Shown: positions 1 to 9,452, counted from the whole stretch's first letter. The stretch is 62,357 nucleotides of DNA, filler included, from Limisphaerales bacterium (GCA_044225505.1; 4 parts of 4 records of this genome joined end to end with filler, not necessarily neighbours in it); one strand, 5' to 3'. Translations and numbers: made by a program. Notes: generated from the sequence alone by a model not told the origin.

Positions 1-183
1 CCCCGGTCGCAACACTCGGTAAAGACGTTGCGGATGATCGTGCGACAGATCGACAACGGACCCCGTCGCAGCGGCCGCTGCCACCTCCGACAGGTCCGTC
101 CACCTCGCCTCGGTCAAGCTCGACTGAAACTGGACGGAATCCACGAGGGTCCGGTAATAGGCACGTTGGAAAGGCGGATGAAG
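1..183 (-). pseudogene. Orphan C-terminal fragment of a secreted verrucomicrobial-type protein (…VQFQSSLTEARWTDL…QRLYRVLRPG), runs off the window edge
   Basis: Manual translation of the minus strand. The frame is open 183->1, is preceded by an in-frame TGA, and resembles the C-terminal 'W…F/LYR' module of ORF 37049-38026. Confidence 0.4.
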
Positions 184-245
184 TCAAATTCGGCTGACGA
201 CCGGATCCTCGCAATCAACCAACGGAGCAGATCATCGACGCCGGA

Positions 246-956
246 CTATTCCGTTTCGGCAGGAGGGGGTGCGGCGTCGTGGGATTCCGCCGCCTCGGCC
301 AGGACCACATCGTGCGCATTGGAGCCCTCATGGGAGTGATTCGTTGCTGGTCCGGGGCTGCTCGAGCGCGCTGGCGCTGCAGCAGCGGGCGGTTTGGCGC
401 GCTTGTCTCGAGGAAGAGGACTGATGACTACTGTCAAATCGCGCTCACCTAACATTTTCGGGGGCGAATCGGCTCGTCCAAAAGTTGCCGCCTCCGCGAC
501 AAACCGATTTACAACTTCGAATCCAAATTCTTTGTGCGCGCGCTGGCGTCCACGGAAACGGAGCTTAACGCACACTTTCATGTCTTCCGACAGAAACTGT
601 TTTGCATGGGCCAGCTTCGTGTCAAAATCGTGAACGGCAATCACAGGCGAGAGTTGAATCTCCTTCATCTTGCCACCGGACTGACGGCTATGGCTTTCTT
701 TGGCGCGTTTTGATTCTTCGTAAAGAAACTTGCCGTAGTCAACGATTCGACAGACAGGGGGAGTCGCGTTCGGAACTGTTTCGAGAAGGTCTAGGCCTTT
801 GGTTTGCGCCATGCGCAAGGCATCATTCAAGGTCATGACGCCAAGCTGCTGCTTGTTTTCGTCAACCACCCGCACTTCGCGGGCTCGGATCTTACCGTTT
901 CGACGAAATTGAGGTTCGCGAGACCGAACTCCCCTAGCCGCAAACGGGAAGCTCAA
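246..956 (-). CDS. infC: Translation initiation factor IF-3 with Pro/Ala-rich C-terminal tail
   Basis: Motifs NGKIRAREVRVV, PPVCRIVDYGKFLYE, KEIQL, KVCVKLRFRGRQ; TTG start preceded by GGAGG. Confidence 0.95.
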   Translation of the reverse strand: MSFPFAARGVRSREPQFRRNGKIRAREVRVVDENKQQLGVMTLNDALRMAQTKGLDLLETVPNATPPVCRIVDYGKFLYEESKRAKESHSRQSGGKMKEIQLSPVIAVHDFDTKLAHAKQFLSEDMKVCVKLRFRGRQRAHKEFGFEVVNRFVAEAATFGRADSPPKMLGERDLTVVISPLPRDKRAKPPAAAAPARSSSPGPATNHSHEGSNAHDVVLAEAAESHDAAPPPAETE

Positions 957-1455
957 TGAACCTCCGCGAGTTTAAGTTGACTCATTCGATGAGTTCGGCA
1001 ACGCCTTCCGAGAGAATATAACTTAGCTTGAATACACCTCACAGTCGCACGCGGCTCGGGTCTGGCAAGTAGAATATGAATCTTTTTCAAGGCGCACGCT
1101 TATGTCTTCCTGGAGATTTGGACGAATTTTAGTGCTTTTCAACGCTCTCGCACCGTCATTGGACCAGCTCAAGGGCTGGATTCAGTGACGCGTCCGCAGA
1201 TTATCGTCCATCCGTCAACCCACTCACGCATGCTGTAGGCGACATCCCTTTTTACGGTGTGAGCACGGAAGTTCAGCTGCGACGTTGCGCGACAGCAGAA
1301 GTGATAAATTGCCACAACAAGGTCGCTCGATGCCCGAGCTGAACGAACTTCACACAGCGTTGCTGCCGAAACCAAAATCGCCAACCATCGAGCCTTCGCC
1401 GGACGGCTTACGCGACGTGATTGCGCCCCGGCGGAGCGTCCGTCGCCCAATCACA

Positions 1456-2436
1456 CTACTCCCCCGCTTTGCGGCCTTGCTCAACCAGGAGCTTCTGCAG
1501 GTCGGCCAAAGCTTTGCCATGCCCGGCGCTCTCGATTGTCTTCTCGGCGATTTCCTGGACTTTCTTGTAGGCTGCTTCCAATTGGTTATTGAGGCGGGTG
1601 TTCTGATCGACCAGGTCCTTCAACGCCTTTTCTTGGGATTGAGTCCGGGCAGTGAGCACGTTCCGCTCGCCTTCAAATTCCTTCCTGAAAAGCTCTTCTC
1701 GATTCTTGGCTTCGAGCTTAATTTTCTCCGTCACTTCTTTCACGGCCTTTTCAACCGTGGCCTCCAGTTCTTTGGGGAATGCCGCCGCACGCACGCGGAG
1801 TTGATTCCACTCCGTTTCGCGTTCGACGAGGATTCGCTCTCGCTCCGCGAAATCCTTGTCCGCCGCTTCCTTCTTTAATTTCAGTTCTTTCTCAAGAGTG
1901 TTCTTTTCATCGGTCAGTTTGTCTTTCAACGTTTGCTGGTCTCGCTTGAAGCCGTATTCAAATTGCTCTTTTTCTCGATCACGAGCCTTCTTCTCGGCGA
2001 CCTCCCTCTCCCGAAGTTCTACATCATGGGCTTGTCGCTCCTTCTGCCAAGCAAGGCGGGTCTCGTCAATTTCTCGATGCAATTCATCCCGCTGCTGCGT
2101 CATCTCTAGTTCGAACTCCCGTTTCTTCTGGCTCTGCGCCTCAATCAGCGCTGCCAAACTAGCTGCCGATTTCTCGATTCCATAGATCTCGCGCAACTCG
2201 AGTTCTTTAGTCTCGACAGCCTTTTGCAAGTTCCGGAATCGTAAGGCCTCTGCGCTGAGCTTTTCAGAAACGTCAGCGAGCATTTGGCTTATCTCGGACT
2301 TGAGACTTCCGATCTCGCGCTCGATGCCGTCCGCCATCACGCTGCTGGCCGCTTTAAGGGCTTCCTCAGCTTTCTTCTCTTCAATACGGCGCTCGGGATT
2401 CAACTCCGATTGACGCTTCTCCTCGACTTGTTTCAC
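1456..2436 (-). CDS. Long coiled-coil (E/K/R-rich) hypothetical protein, possibly 5'-truncated
   Basis: 326-aa ORF, heptad-like charged helices throughout; GTG start with an in-frame stop 8 codons upstream. Confidence 0.75.
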   Translation of the reverse strand: MKQVEEKRQSELNPERRIEEKKAEEALKAASSVMADGIEREIGSLKSEISQMLADVSEKLSAEALRFRNLQKAVETKELELREIYGIEKSAASLAALIEAQSQKKREFELEMTQQRDELHREIDETRLAWQKERQAHDVELREREVAEKKARDREKEQFEYGFKRDQQTLKDKLTDEKNTLEKELKLKKEAADKDFAERERILVERETEWNQLRVRAAAFPKELEATVEKAVKEVTEKIKLEAKNREELFRKEFEGERNVLTARTQSQEKALKDLVDQNTRLNNQLEAAYKKVQEIAEKTIESAGHGKALADLQKLLVEQGRKAGE

Positions 2437-2591
2437 GATGAAAAGTCGACGGGAGGACTAATGAAACGCAGCTATCTCGTTTGGTTTGTCCCTCACCCAG
2501 GTCGGCCCGAAGCAGCCACGCGATACACCGGGCGTCTCGAAAGTCACTCAATTGCAATTTACAAACGACACTAACGGTTTACTTCAGTGGC

Positions 2592-3335
2592 ATGCCCGAC
2601 GACGCAAACGAGTCTCCCGTAGGCGGTGGAGCAGCATTTCGAACTACCCAGTGGAGCATGGTGGTTAATGCGGGGTCTAACGATTCACTGGTGGCCGTCG
2701 AGGCCCTGGAAGGACTCTGCCAGCGATACTGGTACCCGCTTTACGCCAGCGTTCGACGCTCGGGCTATGCGCATGCCGATGCGGCCGATCTGACGCAATC
2801 GTTCTTCGCTAAAGTCGTCGAGAAACGGTCGCTGACCGGCTTAACTCCCGGCGCGACGCGCTTCCGCTCCTTTCTCCTGACTGCCCTGAAGAATTTTGTA
2901 ATCAATGAATGGCAGAGCGCGAATCGCCTGAAACGAGGAGGTGGCAAACAGGTCATTTCGCTGGATGAATCCGCAGACGAACTTTACCGCGCCGAACCCG
3001 CAGACAACGCCTCGCCAGACAAGCTATTTGAGAAACGCTGGGCTCTCTCCGTTATTGAGTTGATCCTGGCGCGACTGAAAGCCGAGTTTCTAGCTTCCGA
3101 ACGCCCTGAGCTCTTTGATTTGCTCAAACCGTCGCTTTCCGGGGACAGGCTGGAACGGCCTTATGCAGAGATCGCCCAGTCATTCGGCCTGAGTGAGAGC
3201 GCCATTAAGGTCGCTGTGCACCGGCTGCGCCGACGCTTCGGAGAACTCCTGCGTGCGGAAGTTGCTGAAACTCTACAAGACCCTCGAGATGTTGAAGATG
3301 AAGTTCGCTATTTAATTGCGGCCTTGGGTAACTGA
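2592..3335 (+). CDS. ECF RNA polymerase sigma factor of the Ser/Thr kinase-associated type
   Basis: FRTTQWSMV N-terminus, YWYPLYASVRR, DLTQSFF, RFRSFLL, region 4 'YAEIA…SESAIKVAVHRLRRRF', C-terminal DEVRYL; kinase gene directly downstream. Confidence 0.92.
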   Translation: MPDDANESPVGGGAAFRTTQWSMVVNAGSNDSLVAVEALEGLCQRYWYPLYASVRRSGYAHADAADLTQSFFAKVVEKRSLTGLTPGATRFRSFLLTALKNFVINEWQSANRLKRGGGKQVISLDESADELYRAEPADNASPDKLFEKRWALSVIELILARLKAEFLASERPELFDLLKPSLSGDRLERPYAEIAQSFGLSESAIKVAVHRLRRRFGELLRAEVAETLQDPRDVEDEVRYLIAALGN

Positions 3336-3353
3336 CCTGGTTTGCGACGGCTT

Positions 3354-3379
3354 GTAACCTTTCTCACGTTTCGCGGTGG
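3354..3379 (+). promoter_or_regulatory. Candidate ECF-type promoter GTAAC-N13-CGCGGT upstream of the kinase gene
   Basis: Same spacing and core (GTAAY-N14-GCGG) as the two motifs at 7979-8004 and 8017-8042. Confidence 0.45.
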
Positions 3380-3433
3380 TAAACAGTGGCCCGCGCCCGT
3401 GGCGCGACTTAATAACAGGCATTCTAAACGAAC

Positions 3434-4341
3434 GTGAGTGTTCCCCCTGACCAAAGCACCGTTTGTCGCGTCTGCGGAATGGCGCTCTCCTCCACCAGTC
3501 CTGAAACGCTCTGCCCCAAATGCCTGCTAAGCCGGGCGCTCAATTTGGAAGAGCCCTCGAATGCCACCGCCGTCCTTTCTAGCGGCCCAACACTCCCTTG
3601 CTCTTCTTTCACAGGCACGCGCATACGCTATTTCGGCGATTACGAACTGCTCGATGAGATCGCCCGCGGCGGCATGGGCATAGTGTTCAAAGCGCGCCAA
3701 GTGAGTCTTAACCGGGTCGTTGCTCTTAAACTCATCAGTACGGGAGCCTTAGCGACGCAGGAGCTCGTCAAACGCTTTCAAGCCGAGGCTGAAGCCGCCG
3801 CCAGTCTCTCGCATCCGCACATCGTCCCGATCCATGAGATAGGACAACACCAGGGCCAGCACTATTTCAGCATGGGCCTGATCGCAGGGCCTAACCTGCG
3901 CCTCGCGATTGCCGAGGGTCAGTATCCCCTGTCCGACCCACACACCGCGGTGCAAATGGTGGCCAAGGTCGCTCGCGCCGTCCACTATGCCCATCAACGG
4001 GGCGTGCTGCATCGGGATATCAAGCCCAGCAACATCTTGTTGGATGAACAAGGAGAGCCGCACTTGACAGACCTCGGCCAGTTTCCCCGGATCGAAAGAC
4101 CCTTCTAGGAGGCACGACTGATGGAGTTCTTCACTTTTGGAGTTTGCCGTCAGGTAGTGAGATTATTGCGTGGCCAGTCCACGTCAGCTCCTGCCGATCC
4201 ATCTCGTTCTCGCCGGATGGCCGCTTTCTCGCCACGGCTGAGGTGGTCGATAGGATCAGAGTCTGGCGCGCCCCGACGTTCACTGAGATCGCGCACCAAA
4301 TGCCTGAGTCTGTCACGGCCAATCCGTCGGTCGAAAGGTGA
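3434..4341 (+). pseudogene. Ser/Thr protein kinase-WD40 gene with a large internal deletion
   Basis: Zn-ribbon-like N-terminus (CRVC…CPKC), GGMGIV, VALK, HRDIKPSN, then a break at TDLG (~4079). In another frame the sequence continues as terminal WD40 repeats (VSPDRKTLLGGTTDGVLHFW…SFSPDGRFLATA…IRVW) to a stop at 4341. Confidence 0.85.
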
Positions 4342-4566
4342 GTCGACCCCATTGAAAGTGACCGCATTCGTTTGTCAACCGAGGTCTCCTTCAAAACAAA
4401 GCAAGGCTCGTTGTTACGCTCGCTGTATTCTTTGCGGAAGAGGCCCGCCTCTAACAAGGAGTAAGGCAGACGTGAGTTGCCGATGCGATCGTCCTCGCCG
4501 GATCCGGTCGCGCACTGTCCAGCGGTAACCCTGCAAGCTGCAGGGTTACCGCAACGTGCGAAAGCG

Positions 4567-6780
4567 CTACTTATTCTCCGCGGGCGCGGGTGGAATCGGA
4601 GGTGCCTGCCGCGTCGAGGCCTTGGGTGTTCCAAGGCGACCGTTCGTCCAGTCGTTAATGAAGCCCAGTTTGTCCAGGACGAGATAACCGACCGCCAGGA
4701 AGAGCACAAATACGATGATCGAAGGCCACGCGCTCTTCTTCTCCGCGAATGGATCCACGAGATCTCGCTGCGAACCAGGAGGCAGCGAGGCGATGCTCGT
4801 GAGTGATCCGCCGAATGGCACGTTGATCTTGGCTTTCGCATTCACGGCCCAGCCGTTCGCATCCAAAATCGGACCGAGATTGCGTCGGCGCAGCTTGAGG
4901 TAGGCCATCAGCATGGAGGGCGCGGAGATGGCCAGAATGATGAGGAGGAAGGCCAAGGGGATTTGCCACCAGGGCAAGCCCAGCAGCCTGCCGAAGATTG
5001 TGCCCAAGGCGCCTAGCAACGTCGTTAAGACCAAGCCGATGGCAGCCAGCGTCCCAGTATCAATCTTGGTCGGTGCCGGCTCTTTGGGTTTCGGCGGCGG
5101 TTCCCCGCCAGCTGTCGCTTTCGCAACCTCCGCCAGACGGGCATCGGCGGCCGCATCCGCCGCCGCCGCACGCTTGGCGATTTGCTCTTCCATCATGCGC
5201 ACGAGCTTTTTGTAAGGTGCAAAGAACGCCTGGCGAATGCTGATGGGATTCTCGATGATTTTGGTAATTGTGGCGTCCCAATCACGGCCTTTTCGATCAA
5301 AGAACACCCCGTTGCGACCGACCATCAGATTGTCCGAATCACCTCCCGTGAACGCAGCCACGATTTGCATCTTTTCGCCCGAGCCTTTGCGGAAACAATC
5401 GCAGTAAGCGAGGTAAGTGCCCGCCAATCCGGCCATCGTAGCGTGTTTTCCAGCATCTTCGACGGGCAAACACAATTCGCAAGCGCGCTGATCCAGATAG
5501 AGAGTGCCCGCTTGGAAAATCGCTTTCTCCCGGCGTCCGTAAAAGTCGCGGAACGAGACGAAGTTCTGACATAACTTGGCCAGATCGCGGTGGTAATGGA
5601 CGATACGTCGCAATCCTGAGACCGCGTCCGCGTTGGGGGCCTCGGCCTTATCTTGCGCGATCAGCGCGCTCAGTTTGTCTTTGGCATCGCTCGTCAGGAT
5701 CTGCCGCACGCGCTTGAGCCCTATCTTCTCCGCGGTCGCACCAGCTTTGGAAGTGCTCCAAGCTTCATAGGCCGCCAGCTTCCCAGTGATCGCATTCCAT
5801 TCTGCCTCGGTCAGAGCGGTTTTGTCTCCGAGCAATGGCTTGACCGCCTCCGTTTGCAGCGTCGCAAGCGCGGTGATCCAAGCGGGATTGACCCCGTCGC
5901 GAAGCGGGAGAACGGCCCCTGCTTGAATCCGTGCCAGCGGAAATCCAGCGACCTCGGAAACATTGGCACTCAGGTCTTTGCTTCCCAAGGCAACGAACTC
6001 CTTCTCTTCACGGTTTAACGCGGCGGTGGCCCGGGAGTCGAACGCTGCCAGGCGACAGCGCGCGAAAAAGTCGTCAACCTTCGCTTTGACAGCCTTCACG
6101 GCTGCCGCAGCGGTGGCTGTAGCCGTCCCTAACGGCAGCACTTCAGCGTTGCCCTCTCCTTTCTTCCACCAGTCCGAAAAGGCTAGTGCGTCCGCGAAGA
6201 ACTGATCGACCTTGGCCTGGCTGACGCCGGGTTTCCCGCTGGCATCCGGATCGGCCCCGACGCACGCAATAATGTCGTTAATGACTTGTTTGGTTGCCTC
6301 GTCCGTCACGGACTCTGGCGGCAAAACGCCATCTCCGTTAAATGGTTTGGCCGCGAACGTCTGGACGGCTCCAGCGGCTTCCTCGATTGTGATCTGGTCT
6401 GCATCGGTTTTACCTAGAATCCGCCGAGCGAACTGCCCGATAATCTTCCCGTCGGGCGTGGCTTCATTCAGGGCGGCCAGGGGTAAAGCGGGTGCGCCTT
6501 TCGTCAAGGAGTCCGGGCTCTTGAGGACTTGCGAAGCCCACTTGACCGCGGCGATTAGCTCCGGAGCACGAATGCGGCCGTCTTTGTCCGTATCGATCAT
6601 AGCCAGCGTGGACTTGTCGAACTCCAGTCCCGTGGTGGGGCATGCCAAGGCGACCCAAAGCTTGAGATCAAGTTGGTCGAGTGCCGCGAGGTCCGTTCCG
6701 GTTTCGAGTTTGACTTGGTCAAAGCCCCCGGCGCGAAAGAATCGCCAGCGATTAGTGGTGGTTCCAGATGTTGATGTCAT
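4567..6780 (-). CDS. Conserved hypothetical protein with EF-hand-like motif and C-terminal membrane segments
   Basis: 737-aa ORF; DTDKDGRIRAPEL motif; hydrophobic helices near the C-terminus. Confidence 0.8.
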   Translation of the reverse strand: MTSTSGTTTNRWRFFRAGGFDQVKLETGTDLAALDQLDLKLWVALACPTTGLEFDKSTLAMIDTDKDGRIRAPELIAAVKWASQVLKSPDSLTKGAPALPLAALNEATPDGKIIGQFARRILGKTDADQITIEEAAGAVQTFAAKPFNGDGVLPPESVTDEATKQVINDIIACVGADPDASGKPGVSQAKVDQFFADALAFSDWWKKGEGNAEVLPLGTATATAAAAVKAVKAKVDDFFARCRLAAFDSRATAALNREEKEFVALGSKDLSANVSEVAGFPLARIQAGAVLPLRDGVNPAWITALATLQTEAVKPLLGDKTALTEAEWNAITGKLAAYEAWSTSKAGATAEKIGLKRVRQILTSDAKDKLSALIAQDKAEAPNADAVSGLRRIVHYHRDLAKLCQNFVSFRDFYGRREKAIFQAGTLYLDQRACELCLPVEDAGKHATMAGLAGTYLAYCDCFRKGSGEKMQIVAAFTGGDSDNLMVGRNGVFFDRKGRDWDATITKIIENPISIRQAFFAPYKKLVRMMEEQIAKRAAAADAAADARLAEVAKATAGGEPPPKPKEPAPTKIDTGTLAAIGLVLTTLLGALGTIFGRLLGLPWWQIPLAFLLIILAISAPSMLMAYLKLRRRNLGPILDANGWAVNAKAKINVPFGGSLTSIASLPPGSQRDLVDPFAEKKSAWPSIIVFVLFLAVGYLVLDKLGFINDWTNGRLGTPKASTRQAPPIPPAPAENK

Positions 6781-7363
6781 GGGATGGGGTTGTTGGTCAG
6801 AAGTGGTCGCTTATCGCCGTGACGCGTTTAGGGTCTGGGCTCTCCCGAAACTCTCGAGCGTCACCACTTTGATTCACGCGGCGATTGTATCGACGAATAT
6901 AATGTTATGGAAGTGCCAGGGAATAGCCGGCAATCAAATAGGATCGATTATCGCTCTGGTTTACTACGGTAAATGTCCCGACAGCGCCGACTTAACCGTC
7001 CCTTCGTCACGGAGACCTGCTGGTTCTTTGCAGGATTGACTAAAGGGCAGGACCGCGCCTTAGGCTAATCGAGCTCCCGTTCGATGGGCCGTTCACCCGG
7101 GGAAAGTTACCTTGCCAGCGAGGGAGAACAATACGCATATGATGGTATTTTGCTCCGTAGCTGTACGGAGTCCCTCGCCCGAATCCCAGTCTTCTCAAAC
7201 CCGGAAGACCGCGGAGAATCCTGCCTTTGAACTTGGCGAACACCTCGGCTCCAACAGTTTGCTACTGGCGATGGTCGCTTTGGCGCAGCCGACAAAGCCG
7301 AAAGTACGTCGAGGGGCGGCAGTTTTGCACTTTCCGCCCAGGCACAAATTTGAGCAAGCGACC

Positions 7364-7900
7364 CTACTTTACACGCGTCAGAGTGAACAATGGACTGTCC
7401 GGCATGGCCGCTCCCGCATACACAACGTGCACAAATTGCCCTTTCCATGTGTCAGCGTCGACTTTCGTCAACTCCGTCACCGAAGTCCCAAATTTCGCCT
7501 CACCGCTGATCCCATGCCCTTGCCAAATGAACTTCTGGCTATCCGATTTGACGAGAATCATCGAGCCATGCCACCCCATCGAGTCGAAATCAACACCGGC
7601 AATTGTTTGGGACTCGGCCTGCCAGTGCATGATCGACAACCGTGAAAACATCGGAGTTCCATCGGCGGCGAGCAACTCCAGCTTCATCGAAACCGTCTTT
7701 CCTCCCAGCTCTGGTGTAAATGTCAGTTTCCCAGAGATTATTTGTCCACCCGGATCAGTTGTTCGCACCTTCCAAGCGCCCACCATGGGCAACAGCGGTT
7801 TTAACGAGTCACTCAACTCCGGCGTTTCAGCCGCTCGGAGCCAGGAGCCGGCAGCGGCGAGGAAAAGGAGAGACGACGCGACAAGACTAAAGTGTTTCAT
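7364..7900 (-). CDS. Secreted beta-strand-rich hypothetical protein
   Basis: Signal peptide MKHFSLVASSLLFLAAAG…; 'LKPLLPMVGAW' followed by alternating strands, lipocalin-like barrel pattern. Confidence 0.75.
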   Translation of the reverse strand: MKHFSLVASSLLFLAAAGSWLRAAETPELSDSLKPLLPMVGAWKVRTTDPGGQIISGKLTFTPELGGKTVSMKLELLAADGTPMFSRLSIMHWQAESQTIAGVDFDSMGWHGSMILVKSDSQKFIWQGHGISGEAKFGTSVTELTKVDADTWKGQFVHVVYAGAAMPDSPLFTLTRVK

Positions 7901-7978
7901 AGATGCAATACTCGCAATAGGCCCTTATTGATTTATTTCGAAGCGGTTCCGCACATGCCGAACTCGCCCCAACTCCCG

Positions 7979-8004
7979 AAGCCGCAATTCGATCTCAGAA
8001 TTAC
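7979..8004 (-). promoter_or_regulatory. Candidate ECF-type promoter GTAAT-N13-TGCGGCTT facing ORF 7364-7900
   Basis: Exact inverted copy of both boxes of the motif at 8017-8042, with identical spacing. Confidence 0.55.
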
Positions 8005-8016
8005 AGAAATTCCTTG

Positions 8017-8042
8017 GTAATCGTTCGCATTTTCTGCGGCTT
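8017..8042 (+). promoter_or_regulatory. Candidate ECF-type promoter GTAAT-N13-TGCGGCTT facing the PEP-CTERM gene
   Basis: Back-to-back partner of 7979-8004, 12 nt apart. Confidence 0.55.
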
Positions 8043-8085
8043 ATCCATACGGAACCTGATTCTCAACCAATCTAAAATGACCCTG

Positions 8086-8742
8086 ATGAACATTCGTACC
8101 CTGCAAACCGTCGCACTAACGCTGCTGAGTGGCACGCTGCCCGCATCGGCGCAACTGTTGAATCCGGACTTTGAGTTGCCCTCAATCGCCAGTGAGACCC
8201 ATCAAGCCATGAGCGCCGCCGACTGGGCCGGTGGAATCTACATTTTTAACGGGGCTGGCGGTGTCCCCCTCTCCTTTCCTCCGCCAGACTCCGGGGCGCA
8301 ATACGTCGACATCGGCTCCGGACCGAGCGGCTTGCTTTCGCAAACCGTGGTTATTGATCATCCAAGCGTGCTAAACCTATCGTGGTCCGGAGCTTCCGGC
8401 CTGGGCATTGGCACCGGTATGGCTCTGTATAAAGCACGGATCATTGGCGTTGGGCAATTGGTGCCCGAGCAGGAAGGATCTTACGACGGTGGCCATCACG
8501 GAGTTTGGCAACACGAGTCATTGCCGTCGGTGACGGTATCCGCGGGCAGCTATAGAGTGCAATTCGAAGGGTTTAACGGGAACGGCGATTCGTTGATTGA
8601 TAACGTCAACTTGAACGTCACCCCGGTCCCTGAGCCCGACCAGCTAGCCGCCTGGACTAGCCTGGGCCTGGTAGGTTGGGTGGCATGGCGAAAGAGGCGT
8701 TTCTTAACGCGCGCAACCGCGCGGGTGGCAAAGTGCGAGTGA
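8086..8742 (+). CDS. PEP-CTERM sorting-domain protein (carbohydrate-binding-like beta sandwich)
   Basis: Signal peptide; LLNPDFE…IDNV pattern; C-terminal VPEP + TM helix + RKRR. Confidence 0.88.
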   Translation: MNIRTLQTVALTLLSGTLPASAQLLNPDFELPSIASETHQAMSAADWAGGIYIFNGAGGVPLSFPPPDSGAQYVDIGSGPSGLLSQTVVIDHPSVLNLSWSGASGLGIGTGMALYKARIIGVGQLVPEQEGSYDGGHHGVWQHESLPSVTVSAGSYRVQFEGFNGNGDSLIDNVNLNVTPVPEPDQLAAWTSLGLVGWVAWRKRRFLTRATARVAKCE

Positions 8743-8748
8743 ACCAGT

Positions 8749-9452
8749 TCACGGGGATCGCCTGGCAAATCCCGCTCCCGGTCGTGCATCTGGCCAATCC
8801 AGTCCGAGGTCGCGCAAAGACTCTCGTATCTCCGCGAGCTGCCACACGGTGACCGCTGGGTTGGCAGAGGCCACCGCCATGTATCGTCCGGTGCAGTCGA
8901 AAGTTACGCCCCACGCGAAGCTTTCGTTTGGCGACCGGAGAACAGCGATCTCCGCGCCTGAGTCGGCATCGCGCAGAGCCAGGAAACGATCCTCACGATT
9001 CACGAAGACAATTTTGCCGTCGGGTGATTAGCCGGCGACCGTGGTGGTGTCCTGAAACCAGCCAGGTTGCATCGGGCGTCATCCCCACCCAATGCGCCGG
9101 GCGCTTAGACCATCCTTCCAACCAGTCGACTTTCCGACCAGGCAATTCGAGGATCGCCCCCGCAAGCTGTCCTCCGCCCGCGAGAAGCTGGTTTTGGGTG
9201 GCAAGGACGACCCGGTCGATGTTCGGGGGCCCATTGGTCAACCATTGGAAGGGCGTCCCGATTTCCGTGTGAGCTCGGGACCCTGCCTGAGGCACGTTTC
9301 TGCGGGTCAACCCGAAACAAGCCCGGTCCAAGCCGCATGAGAACGGGATAAGACCTCGATCACGATCCGGTTGTCATCGGGGTCTCATCGGGTCTGATCC
9401 TGATCTCGGCAACAGACGCGCGAGAGCGTCTGGGGATATCGCGATGAAGAAT
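8749..9452 (-). pseudogene. Heavily deleted remnant of a second Ser/Thr kinase-WD40 gene
   Basis: Fragment ILHRDI at 9435-9452; WD40 pieces (WVGMTPDATWLVSG; SPDGKIV…VTFDCTGRYMAVAS…VTVWQL) in two frames; C-terminal LRDLGLDW. Confidence 0.65.

Noticed and set aside
3352..3386. TTGTAACC…GGTAAACA as a BirA operator
   Set aside because: Half-sites and spacing fit poorly and no biotin gene follows; better explained by the ECF-type motif.
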